Source: Octopus bimaculoides
Lineage: Eukaryota
Reading direction: 5' to 3'
NCBI RefSeq assembly: GCF_001194135.2
Contig: NC_068985.1
Coordinates: forward strand, 95,071,519-95,104,524
Length of the DNA: 33,006 bases
The notes beneath the pieces were generated by a model that made no database searches, was not told where the DNA came from, and saw only the letters and a program-made list of their open reading frames with translations. Position numbers and translations under genes: made by a program. Positions 1-11,288 of this stretch are shown here, in pieces; position 1 is the stretch's first letter, and every line of letters starts with the position of its first letter.

Positions 1-1009
1 ACAAAACCGTACTTCTGTTAGTAAATGATGAAATTACTTACATCAGTAAATGTGAGTAAACTTTTAGTGCGAACAGTAACGATTGAAGTTAAAGTGAAGA
101 AAAAAACTATGGCTACCGGAAGTTGACATTGAGGAACCGTTTTAAAGAAGTGAATCTTAAATATAAAGCAATATTATTTATCTTAATAAAAAAAATCAAA
201 TGAAGAGCCTAAGATTTATCCGAGGTCAAATTATTCCTGCATCACAAGTATGGAAGTAAATAGTGAAGCCGTTTTCACGTGATAAACGATTACACACACA
301 TCTCTGTTTTATATATAGTATAGATATCACTTACTTATCTTCCTACAGGGATAATGTTTCTTAAACATTTTTCGCTTATATTACCGAATATCCGTTAGTC
401 ATAGTTCATACACAACTAGACTCAACACTAACTAAGCATGTTTTTATCATTCATCTTTCATAATCATATTATGAATATCCGAATATGTTATATGATTCTC
501 ACCCCATCTAATCTTCTGTAACAATATAACATTTCTCTGATATATTCTTTTTGAGGTATTCTGCTTTGACACTGAGGAGAACGTTAATATGTAATTAAGT
601 TAATTATAATTCTAATTAAATTACTTTAAAATGTTTTTTCCATGTTCCTTACATATTAATATTAACATGGATTAAAATTTTATGAAACTTTTAACACCTT
701 CTCTTCTCCATCTTTAATTGTATGCTGAGTTTTTTTTATAGGAGATGTGTTCTATAAATGTTCAAAACACACCTTACACTTAAGAAAAAGCTACCACTTT
801 AATATGATGCATCTGTATTTGAAATCTAACTTTGGAACCCCCCAAAATAAAGGATGAAATAAAACTCAGCCTATTCTGTATCCCAATGGAACTTCCTATA
901 CAAAGATGTTTAGCCTTGTTTTTTTAAAAAAATTTATTATCCTTTCAAGAGCGAAGACAAAATTCAAGCTAACTATATTTGTATGTGTGTATTTATGCGT
1001 GAATGTGTG

Positions 1010-1088
1010 CATACATACATACATACATACATACATACATACATACATACATACATGCATACAAATATATATATATATATATATATAT
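1010..1088. repeat. (CATA)n + (TA)n microsatellite running into assembly gap
   Basis: Direct reading of the repeat units. N-gap follows at 1089-1198. Confidence 0.95.
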
Positions 1089-1198
1089 NNNNNNNNNNNN
1101 NNNNNNNNNNNNNNNNNNNNNNNNNNNNNNNNNNNNNNNNNNNNNNNNNNNNNNNNNNNNNNNNNNNNNNNNNNNNNNNNNNNNNNNNNNNNNNNNNN
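1089..1198. other. Assembly gap (110 N)
   Basis: Run of N flanked by TA repeats. Confidence 1.
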
Positions 1199-2195
1199 AT
1201 ACATATATATATTTATGGCTGCATGTGTGCTTTTTTATGTTCTGGTATTTTCCATACATTTATGGTTTGGAATGAATCATGTCTTCTCTTTCTTTTCTCT
1301 TTCACTTGTTAGCCTCTCAGCCAGTTAAGCGTTTGCTTCATACAATCGTTGTTTCAAGTAGTGAAAATTTAGGCGTGAATTACGGGACTGATTAAGAATG
1401 AGATAAACATGGCAAATCACTGCACAAGATAGCAACAGTTACAGTATTTAATTTTGAATTAATGATTAGGTGATTAGTGATCCAGAACATTAACATCACA
1501 CGCCTTGTAAGTTTCAATATCAGCAAAATTTATCAATAGAACGGCCTCAATATATTACCTCTCCGTAACTTGAGTTAATATAAGACAGAGAGCAATGACC
1601 TATTTAATATATATAAGATATTATTATGTTAAGGCGAGGAAGTGAAATTGGGGAAACAGAATAGACGTAACTAAATTCGATCTATTTCTGTAAGAATATA
1701 TGGGATTTACATTTGAGTCGTTTTATTGTGTCTACCGTATTCACTAAAAATATGCATAGACAAACAATTGAACACAACGGCCTGCAGGTGATAATCAAGT
1801 ACAAATAAATAGAAAAATCTTCATGGCGTTAAAAATACCGACAGCCTAATATTTTTTCTGCCATACAACAAAATCCAAATCGATTTTCCTACATCGGTCT
1901 AAGATTCCATAAAACTCAAGCAGAACAGTTATAAATAAATGCAGAAAGATAACAAAACAACATCGAATGAAAAATATTACCAGCAGACCCTTTGGTACCA
2001 GACTAGATGAGCATCATAAGATTGTTTATTCTTTAGGATATCGGCGTAGTTGAATATTATGTGAACCAAAATGGAATGTGCTGAATAAGTCTGAAAGGAA
2101 ACCTGATAGACTTAATAAATGTGTGGTATTATTCAATCAATTTTCTGAAACTAAATAATAATTCCAGACTGCCTGGAATTCTGATAAAAATATTT

Positions 2196-2390
2196 TTTCT
2201 GCTCTAGGCACAACGCCCGAAATTTTTGGGGAGGGGGCCAGTCGATTAAATCGACCCAAGTACGCAACTGGTACTTAAGTTATCGACTCAGAAAGAATGA
2301 AAGGCAAAGTCGACTTCGGCGGAATTTGAAATCAGAAGGTAAAGACAGACGAAATACTGCTAAGCATTTCGTCCTGCGTGCTAGCGTTTC
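2196..2390 (-). mobile_element. SINE family B copy with 5'-truncated head
   Basis: Reverse complement reads GCTAGCACGCAGGACGAAATGCTTAGCAGTATTTCGTC...TTCTGATTTCAAATTCCGCCGAAGTCGACTTTGCCTTTCATTCTTTCTGAGTCGATAA. This is homologous to the copies at 16302-16735 and 24251-24699. A B-box-like motif (consensus GAGTTCAAATTCC) is present. Confidence 0.9.
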
Positions 2391-2466
2391 TTATTTCTTT
2401 ATTGCCCAGAAGGGGCTAAACATAGAGAGGACAAACAAGGACAAACAAAGGGATTAAGTCGATTAT
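2391..2466 (-). mobile_element. 3' tail fragment of a long-tailed family B variant, fused to the head of the adjacent copy
   Basis: Reverse complement AATCGACTTAATCCCTTTGTTTGTCCTTGTTTGTCCTCTCTATGTTTAGCCCCTTCTGGGCAATAAAGAAATA. It starts with the AATCGACTT segment shared by other family B copies. Confidence 0.75.
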
Positions 2467-3197
2467 AATATTGTGATTCACACTAGCTTAACGTTTCAAA
2501 TACTATTTAAGAAAGTATACTACGATACTGCGTGAATCGTGTTTTCATAAACCGATTTTTCTTCGATTTTCTCTGAATTACTTTACCTTGTAAGTTTCAG
2601 AAATTTGCCCTCTATCGACAGGCATATAGAACTTTGTCTCCATCAAATGGAAGAGCGCAAATAGCAATAGAATACATTGTAAAATGAATAATCCTCTGTG
2701 TTTTTAAAAGGAGACTTGCAGGTATTAAAAGTGCAGTTCTAAATGTTAATTGAAAGCGTTTGAAATTTATGTATGTTAGAATATTCAATAAAATTTGGGC
2801 GTTTCTCGTAGCTGTTAGATTAATTACGTCGTTGCTAAGAAGTCATCAGGGCTCACTAATGCTCTATAACTGGGGGATTTAATTTCAATCAAAATTGAAT
2901 TATTCAGTAATCCATCGATACTTAGACAACGTTGTTTAATTATTCTGTTAAATGCAATGTTCTCATGTTGTTTGAATAGAATACATTGGATCATTCCCAT
3001 TTAGAGTAGGTATAAATAATTCAGCAATTTCCCGTCTATACTTCATATTAGTAATAGAAATGGTTTGTGATGTATTTATAAAAAGAAAACGGGCTACTGA
3101 CATAAAACATACATCTTCAAGGTACAGCCTTCAAGAATTTTAGTTAAATGAATTGACCCCTGCATTTATTTTCTTTAAGCGTGTTACTTATTCTACA

Positions 3198-3420
3198 GGT
3201 CTCCTTGGCCGAACAGCTAAATTCCTGGGATCGTAAACACACCAACATCGGTTATCAGACGGAGGACAAGGACAGATACTAAGACATACACATATAGGAT
3301 TGGCTTTTTTCAGTTTCCGTCAACTAAATCCTCTCACACAGCCTTGGTCCGTCCAAGATTATTATCGAAGAAACTTGGTCAATACGGCACGTAATGAGAC
3401 TAAACGGTTATTGTTGGGAA
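3198..3420 (-). mobile_element. SINE family A, degenerate copy
   Basis: GCCGAACAGCTAA...GTAAACACACCAACATCGGTT...TTTCAGTTTCCGTC...GCCTTGGTC is the reverse complement of the body of the copies at 8271 and 23526. Confidence 0.8.
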
Positions 3421-4067
3421 ATAGTGAAAACTAATAGAAGCTGCTATGCGCAACATCAAACTAATTGTGCTCTGGTTACCATGGTAGTCTGGTTATCCCA
3501 TCTGTTGTAGGTTCTAATTCTTTGGAAGAGTGGCGATTAATGCAGATCTAATCAGGCGATTAATGTAGATCCAATCTACTGTACGGTTGGAACGAAAAGC
3601 CAGAAATGTCATTTACAGTGGGGAAGCACAAAGTGACGACAATCATCGGTGAAAATGTACGCGTATACATACACAAATTACATACATACATGTATACATA
3701 CCCACTTTGATTTTAATGGAATGTATTTAAAAAAAACCCGACTCATAGAAATCTTATCAAGTTCGGTTTCTGCTTGTGATTAAATTTCTTGCAGGTAATT
3801 GTCATAAAGAAAAAAAAAACAAACAAAAAAAAACAGTGTGTAAATGGCGTAAAGCGACGGAGATTATCCATTAGAACGTTTACGCCATAACTTATAACTT
3901 CTCGTTCATATATTTGCTTCTGACTATTTTGTTGTTGATAGAGTGGTTTGTGTTTGCGTGTAATTGAACTATACTGCATAATCATTCTCTACTAACACCA
4001 CAACCACGTTACCCCCAGTAAACAACCTCTTAAGTTCTCCGCCCTCTCTCTTTACATACACACACAG

Positions 4068-4137
4068 TCTCTCTCTCTCTCTGTTTCTCTTTCTTTGGTT
4101 TTCTGTTTCTCTGTCTCTGTCTCTCTCTCTCTCTCGT
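4068..4137. repeat. Degenerate (CT)n microsatellite
   Basis: Direct reading. Confidence 0.9.
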
Positions 4138-6949
4138 TTCGTGTTCTTGAAACTGAGCCCGGAACTACTCAGCATAAAAGCGTTTACTATTTCATATCTG
4201 ATTCCCCTTCCGCTTTTCTCTCTGCTAAACTCTCCACCCGCTCTCTCTTTCTCTCTGCATTTCTTTTCAGCTAACCACTTCACACCATAACATAGGGACA
4301 CACGTATACGGATAGTACAGATAATCAGATCCCTATTATCCGTACTTCACCAAATACCCTTAAACCATCAATATCGTGCATTAGCAAAAAATGGAAAATG
4401 GTATGAGATAAATTCTTTGATTTTACTGAAACCCGAGAGATAAAACCTTTTCAATGCTTTATATCTGAAAAAATGCCATCTTTCAAAGATCAAATAAAAT
4501 ATTTCTTGGATTATTATTAAAGAACAGAAAACACAGTGATATTCCATAAATTTTGTAATTACTAAATTTCAGTTATGCTTACAAAGTTATAGAACTGTGA
4601 TACGTTGATGAAATGAGAGCCAAAGAAAGAATGTATACGCGATCGCACGAGCTACTAGAAATAGTAGCTAGCTCTAACATTTGGAAAAGAAACGGCACAC
4701 TGGGTAATGAAGTTGTATATCCCTCATAGTGAGGGTTTAGTTATATCTTTCTGATAAACGAGGGTTGCTCTGCCGTGAAACAATTATGTAGAAATGTGTT
4801 TTCAATAGTTTTCTATTTAATGGTGCATTAAGAAGCCTTGACGATAATTCAATAGATTTATATATCCCGAATAATTTTAATATGAAAATATCAAATTCTC
4901 ATTTTCTTAATTACATCTCAATAAAATCTGTGTCTTTAGATCCTAAGATTATACTATTAATAGCAATAAGCGTTATGATTAGTTTTTCTTGTTGTTTACC
5001 TTCAAAATTTGATGCGATTGAATTAACATCACTTTCATGTTAATTTTTAGAGATATTAGAGGCGGTATTGGAAACGGCTTGGCTGCAATATTTACTAGTT
5101 CTATGTATGAAAAGAGACTTATTTGTTAACTTATCTTCGGATGCTACCTTAAGAAAGTAGAATTTATACGAAACGAAAATAGTGGTACTGAATCCAAAAA
5201 TAGTAATTGCAAAGTTTCTTGATTTAAAGAAGATATTTTATAGTGAAACAGAAAGTTGAAACCGAACGTTTCGGTCAGGGTGCTCGTCGGCAGTAAGCAG
5301 TATTCCTAAATAAATATATCCTGTTTAGCGTATGTGTGGAAATAGGATATTTTTGAATGCTTGAATACAAAGAGACAAGATAATTAGAAGAGGGGAAAGT
5401 AATGTTCTCAATACTTCTTCGCAGTAGGTATAGTTATTAAGTGAGAATATGACACCTACAACGAGGAAATAATCAAACATTGCTGCCAGGAAATTAAAAT
5501 TAAATTCTCACCAGCAAAACTTACTTTGTACTATATTTTCTGTGCAACAGAAACTTATATACTTCATAGTTCACTATACAAACAGCCACATTAATTTGTA
5601 GTACGGGTAACATATTATTTTTATTCTCTACCACGCGAGTCAAAATGCCGATTATACCATCATTTGTGAACTTCATTCAGTTATTTACAAGTTTCCCTCA
5701 GATTATCTTTCGGGTTGTATTATATAGTCCTTATGGTGTGTTTTAAAGAGAAATTATTTTATAGAGAACGGCACTTCAAGTATGGAAATCAGAGTGAATT
5801 GTATTCTTCTGATATCGAACTTGTTATCATTTTCTGATGAATTCCATGTCCTCAATAGTAATGGTTTCAAAGTAATAAAAACAACATCCCAGAAAAACAA
5901 AGAAATATTTGCTCTGTATATTTCGAACAATGTAATTTAAAGAACAGTAATGTGAGCCCCATAAACTAAACCTGACTATTGGGAGTCGGCAGTGACTTCC
6001 ACAGTATATTAAGAATATAGCGTATTGAACCAGAAGTGATTCAGATGGTAGGGAGTCTGGAAGTCTTCTATCAGCCTCTTCTAATCTGATTAATAAAAGT
6101 TGTACATATGCCTAAGCGGTAGTATTTCATTTATTGTCCCAACTCTTAATAGGAGTACTTTGTCTTCATGTCTTAATAATAGAAATTTAGTTTCTAATAG
6201 CTATAGAAAGCTTATAATGCCGTTAACAGAAAGTAATGTTTCATTGGTGTAGACGACATTCTAATCGGAGCCGTCGTGATAAATACAACAAGTTAATTAT
6301 TTTTTTATCTTGAGCGAGCTACAATAAATTACTAGTCTTTTGCTTTTTGTCGAAAAGAAGACATTTCCCCAATTACCTGTCATCTACTATAGATCTATGT
6401 GTCGTTGCACTACTTATGCAATGCGACATCAAAATTTAATTGAATTCTGTTGTAAGCAACTTCACTTTATGATTATTCTGGGTCAACAGGTAATGGAATA
6501 CATGAAAGATCTTGTAATATATTTTCAAAAATATTTATCATACCAATAACATAGTTGATGTTATATTATCTAACATTCTTATTTATTTTTACGTTTGTTA
6601 CTTGTTGTTGACTGATTACATTAATGCATATTAGTATATAATGCTACCTCTTATCATTTTGCAATTACTATTGCACTAGTGTCGTGTAATCCAGTGGAAG
6701 ATGTTAGACATATTTTAGTTATAAACTTTTAGTAAATGTTTGATTATACAGCGTGAAGATGGAGTTTTAAGTGTTAAGTATCAAAAGCGTACGTTAGCCT
6801 CGCAATTTACATCAACGGAATATTTCGTTCCAAGACATGATGATATTACAATTAATCTGATTTTTTAGAATCATATTTGGGTAATATATTCCTCTTAATC
6901 TTACAAACACCAAAGACCTAGTGGACATCATATACACACATCAAGAACA

Positions 6950-7110
6950 CAAACACGCACATATGCATACATGTGCATCTATATATAAATATGTATGTGT
7001 TTGTGTGTATGCGTATGTGTTTTTGTGTATGTGTGTGCGTGTGTGTGTATGTGCGTGTGTTTGTTTGTATGTGTGTACGTGTAAGATATAGTTTTAGTAT
7101 GTATATATAT
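6950..7110. repeat. Degenerate (TG)n/(TATG)n low-complexity repeat
   Basis: Direct reading. A similar tract lies at about 7400-7460. Confidence 0.85.
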
Positions 7111-8270
7111 CTAATTACAATGCGCACTACGAAGCCATCCATTACTAAGACTCGTATATTCGTATAATGCGGAAAGGAAACCCTATGCATTAATGTTAAT
7201 GTGGTACTTGATGCTTTCGTTAGAGATTTAAAGTCATAAAATCACATTCCCTGTAGAATGTAACTTTGGACATCTGAAGATTATTGGAGTAATTCTAATA
7301 CTGTAAAATGAAATGGTAAGTAATGAAAAGATGGCATTTCACTCTATGCAATATTTCATCTTACTCGACGCAATCTCTTATCATTTTGTTTTCATGTCAT
7401 GTGTGTGTATGTGTATGTGTGTACGTGTGTCTACGTGTGTGTGTACATACACATATGTGTGTGTATATGTGTGGGTGTGTTTCTCTGGAATTATAAACGC
7501 GCACAAGCATATATATTCACAGATACTGCAATTGATAGATTGATAAATAGATAAATAGACAGACAGACTGATGGATGATTCCTGTGAACCAGATAGCAGT
7601 ACGTTATGGATTCTCCGAAATATTTCTCGGCCTTATGTATTTTTATGTTGCTTGATTATACCATACGAATTCAGCGTATGTGTTGATACGCTGCAGTTTA
7701 AGCTATTTTATCAGTCACGATATCCAAAATCAGAATCGGCATAGAAGGCAAATCCTAGATGCTACATACGCTGATAGAGGAAATGCAATGCTTTCAGCTA
7801 TATTTGAACAACAGAAATACATTGGTTTTTCTTTCCTGAAATTGCACACTTGTTACAAATAATCTCAACCAACTAAGAAACAAATCATTCGAATTTATTG
7901 ACGAAATATCTCAGCGAGCCTGATATATTTATTTCGTACACTTCTGGATATTACCCAATTTAATGTTACATGAGATTTCTGTCGAGAAATCAAAAGGGTT
8001 GTCATATTTGACTAACATTGCATACAATGTTATCAGATCATTCTCAACTATTGGTAACATATAAGCATACACTACCAGACTTCGTGTCGAAATGCCTGTG
8101 ATCTTCCATGATAGTAAAAATATGAGTACCTTCAACCGGCAATTTACTTGGAATGATAAACACCGAATATAGAACACATTGCGACTTTGAGTGAAACATT
8201 ATATTACCAATATTTTCTAACATTTTCGTACATGTGTAACGCAGATATTAATATCAGCATATATATAGTA

Positions 8271-8682
8271 GCTACGTAGTTGGATGTGTGGTAAGTAGCT
8301 TGCTTGCCAACCACATGTTTCTGGGTTCATTTCCACAGCGTGGTACCTTGGGCAAATGTCTTCTACTATAGCCTCGGGCCGACCAAAGCCTTGTGAGTGG
8401 ATTTGGTAGACGGAAACTGAAAGAAGCCCCTCGTATATATGTCTATATGTGTGTATGTGTGTGTATATGTTTGTATGTTTGTGCTTGTCCCCCCAGCACC
8501 GCTTGACAACCGATGCTGGTGTGTTTACGTACCCGTAACTTTGCGGTTCGGGAAAACAAACCGATAGAATAAGTACTAGACTTCCAAAGAATAAGTCCTG
8601 GGGTCGATTTGCTCGACTAAAAGGCGGTGCTCCAGCATGGCCGCAGTCAAATCACTGAAACAAGTAAAAGAGTAAAAGAGTA
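8271..8682 (+). mobile_element. SINE family A, near full length (tRNA-derived head, CORE-like CCTTGGGCAA segment, internal TG/TA microsatellite, GAAACAAGTAAAAGAGTAAAAGAG tail)
   Basis: Colinear with the copies at 23526-23992 and 13593-13870. A-box-like TGTGTGGTAAG and B-box-like GGGTTCA are present. CCTTGGGCAA recalls the start of the CORE domain, which has been reported in octopus SINEs (recalled, not searched). Confidence 0.92.
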
Positions 8683-8699
8683 TCATTATATGCTCTCCC

Positions 8700-8900
8700 A
8701 GATAGCAGAAGCATTAGCCAACTGAAAAAACGCTTATTAGTATTTGCGTCATATTTTCATGTTCTGAAGTGAAATACTTCCGAGGTTTACTTCCCCTCCA
8801 GTCTTTCGCAGTCGATTGAATAAAGTACCAGTGAAGTACTGGAGTAGATGCACTCAAATTCCTGCCCTCTCACCATCTTGATGCTGCCGTGCCACATTTG
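8700..8900 (+). mobile_element. SINE family B, highly diverged copy
   Basis: GCAGAAGCATTAGC...ATGTTCTGAAGTGAAATACTTCCGAGGTTTACTT...GTCGATTGAATAAAGTACCAGTGAAGTACTGGAGTAGATG aligns by eye to the family B body. Confidence 0.7.
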
Positions 8901-9043
8901 GCATTTAGCAAAGCTTGGTGGGCGGTGTTCCGCAGTCTAGTGGCTAAGGAGGCTGAAAGGATTGCGGAAAGACAACTTCCTCTTCGGTCCAGCTTTACTA
9001 TGAAAGTGAGGGTAGAGTGATATCTTCCAGTGACTCCCACCAA
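8874..9043 (-). CDS. Candidate internal exon, product unknown; a + strand alternative exists at 8909-9005
   Basis: Minus strand: acceptor TTTTTATTTCAG|, donor ATG|GTGAGA, 170 nt open in frame 0 (LVGVTGRYHSTLTFIVKLDRR...). Plus strand alternative: CATTTAG|...AAA|GTGAGG encoding KAWWAVFRSLVAKEAERIAERQLPLRSSFTMK. No homology recognised. Confidence 0.2.
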
Positions 9044-9678
9044 CTGAAATAAAAACGATCGAAACCAACTAAGTTTGCTCACTCATAAAACCATTACATG
9101 TAAACCACAAGTTAATTGGTTAACACAAAGGCAAGATCGATGCCATTAATATCGGTACTCCTGGCAAACCGTGACGTTTTAGTTGCATGCAAATTTGTCA
9201 AAACCATATTCCAAAAATTCAGCTTGTTGGAGTCTTCCAAGAGGTATAAACAGGAAGAAGTCAGTCATTTTACTACGGTTGTTAAGAACTCAACAGTCAG
9301 TTGAATACATTTTGAAATCTGATGACTTCCACGAACGTATGAAAACGCTAATTGAACTTTATGAACAAAACAAAATATTTTTTGAAGTCTAACACACTTT
9401 AAAATTAACATTTTTTTTTTTTTAAATACCACAATAAAAAACGTGTAAAGCAGACCATGGTACATTGGTACATACATATGTCAGTTTCAACGAATAATCC
9501 TCCCCCCGCAAGTATTACTGATATAAGCACAATAATAACAGTATTAATAGCATTTATCTGAGTGCTAATTGCAAAATAAAGATAGGATGCAGTCTATTTG
9601 CAATGAATTAATAAATAATAATTGATGTGAGTCTATTGCTGTTTATCAATATTTCTCCATTTTCTGACATTATATGTA

Positions 9679-10211
9679 NNNNNNNNNNNNNNNNNNNNNN
9701 NNNNNNNNNNNNNNNNNNNNNNNNNNNNNNNNNNNNNNNNNNNNNNNNNNNNNNNNNNNNNNNNNNNNNNNNNNNNNNNNNNNNNNNNNNNNNNNNNNNN
9801 NNNNNNNNNNNNNNNNNNNNNNNNNNNNNNNNNNNNNNNNNNNNNNNNNNNNNNNNNNNNNNNNNNNNNNNNNNNNNNNNNNNNNNNNNNNNNNNNNNNN
9901 NNNNNNNNNNNNNNNNNNNNNNNNNNNNNNNNNNNNNNNNNNNNNNNNNNNNNNNNNNNNNNNNNNNNNNNNNNNNNNNNNNNNNNNNNNNNNNNNNNNN
10001 NNNNNNNNNNNNNNNNNNNNNNNNNNNNNNNNNNNNNNNNNNNNNNNNNNNNNNNNNNNNNNNNNNNNNNNNNNNNNNNNNNNNNNNNNNNNNNNNNNNN
10101 NNNNNNNNNNNNNNNNNNNNNNNNNNNNNNNNNNNNNNNNNNNNNNNNNNNNNNNNNNNNNNNNNNNNNNNNNNNNNNNNNNNNNNNNNNNNNNNNNNNN
10201 NNNNNNNNNNN
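9679..10211. other. Assembly gap (533 N)
   Basis: Run of N. Confidence 1.
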
Positions 10212-10214
10212 TTT

Positions 10215-10345
10215 GAGTCAAAAGCCGAGTTCAAATCCGCGGTAGACTTTGCCTTTTATCCAATCCGAGTAAATATGTCTTGAGCACTCGTGTCGATGTA
10301 GACCACTTATCTCTTCCCCTTGGGCCAACATTTGGAAGTGAATCT
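10215..10345 (+). mobile_element. SINE family B fragment (head lost in gap or truncated)
   Basis: GAGTTCAAATCCGCGGTAGACTTTGCCTTTTATCC...GAGCACTCGTGTCGATGTAGACCACTT matches the family B body. Confidence 0.8.
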
Positions 10346-10444
10346 CAGTTGTATCTATGAGAAGTGGTGAACGTATTTGGTTTTGAGGTTTAGCAAAAAT
10401 GTTACAAAATATATTTAAGGAGTACAGGACCTTATATTTAAGTC

Positions 10445-10600
10445 AGGAGCATTGGGCCGGTTTCCCGGGTGTATATATTCCTCATTACTTACAAACGGGA
10501 AATATAGTTTTTTACTCAATGACACAACGCATCGTTCAGTCCAAGAATTGGAACCACAAACTTAAGATTATGGATTCAATGTGTCTGACCAATGAGCCCT
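10445..10600 (-). mobile_element. Old tRNA-derived SINE remnant
   Basis: CAGTCCAAGAATTGGAACCACAAACTTAAGATTATGGATTCAATGTGTCTGACCAATGAGCC reads as a decayed reverse-complement tRNA-like head (compare 22850-22915). Confidence 0.45.
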
Positions 10601-10729
10601 GCGTCAACAATTACAAAATGTATAGTGAATTAAAACACGTGACAACTGGATTCTGGATTTGATGCGTCTCGAGTGTCAAACTCGTAATAGCGTCATATCT
10701 TTAATTATGATTTATATATATATATAAAC

Positions 10730-10734
10730 ACAGA

Positions 10735-10779
<45 letters not shown>
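10730..10779. repeat. (GA)n microsatellite
   Basis: Direct reading. Confidence 0.95.
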
Positions 10780-10782
<3 letters not shown>

Positions 10783-10907
10783 CACATTTTTCCCGACTCT
10801 TCTTTCTTTTATTTTACAGCATCATAAATTCCTCTGAGTAAAGAAAAAATTTTCTTTAGTTGATGCCAAATTCTCATCGCACTTCATTTTGTCTTTAATA
10901 TCTATCT

Positions 10908-10912
10908 GTCCC

Positions 10913-10955
<43 letters not shown>

Positions 10956-11040
10956 GTGTCTGTCATGTGTGTATGTGTTTGTGTGATTGCATGTGTGTAT
11001 GTGTGTGTATCACTATGTATATATATATATATATATATAT
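10908..11040. repeat. (TCTA)n + (TG)n + (TA)n compound microsatellite
   Basis: Direct reading. Confidence 0.9.
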
Positions 11041-11147
11041 ACTGTTGTATTTGGGGATAGACATGTTGCCAGTTTAGTCAATAACGATACACTCACCATA
11101 TATTTGGTGTTCACTTGTTTCAGGTTTATTTCAAATTTATTGTATTA

Positions 11148-11288
11148 CGGACAGAGTTCTTTCGTCACACTTCAGTGACTTCATCAATGGTCCTTTGATT
11201 TCTTCTTTCTCTTCTGTGTCTCTCCTACCTAACGATCTGCCAACCGATGAGATCACAGAAGTGTGACGAAAAATCTCTAGCCGAAACG
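11148..11288. repeat. Inverted repeat (about 30-40 bp arms, pyrimidine-rich spacer of about 50 bp)
   Basis: TTTCGTCACACTTCAGTGACTTCATC (11160-11185) matches the reverse complement of GATGAGATCACAGAAGTGTGACGAAA (11246-11271) with 3 mismatches. Weaker similarity extends outward. Confidence 0.85.

Noticed and set aside
896-1328. ORFs spanning N-gaps (also 9608-10283, 13403-13710, 14990-16083, 23559-23851, 30840-31675)
   Set aside because: They are open only because N codons and TA/TG/CATA repeats contain no stops.
3844-3888. Hairpin ATGGCGTAAA...TTTACGCCAT (10-bp arms); also TACGGATA...TATCCGTA near 4307-4344
   Set aside because: Arms of 8-10 bp with free spacer length are expected by chance in 33 kb.
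4600-4680. AGCTACTA-GAAA-TAGTAGCT hairpin
   Set aside because: Short. It appears to be part of a decayed interspersed repeat, and there is no support for a function.
6752-6868. Possible + strand exon after TATACAG: REDGVLSVKYQKRTLASQFTSTEYFVPRHDDITINLIF*
   Set aside because: Looks protein-like but has no recognised homology, and ORFs of this length are common by chance.
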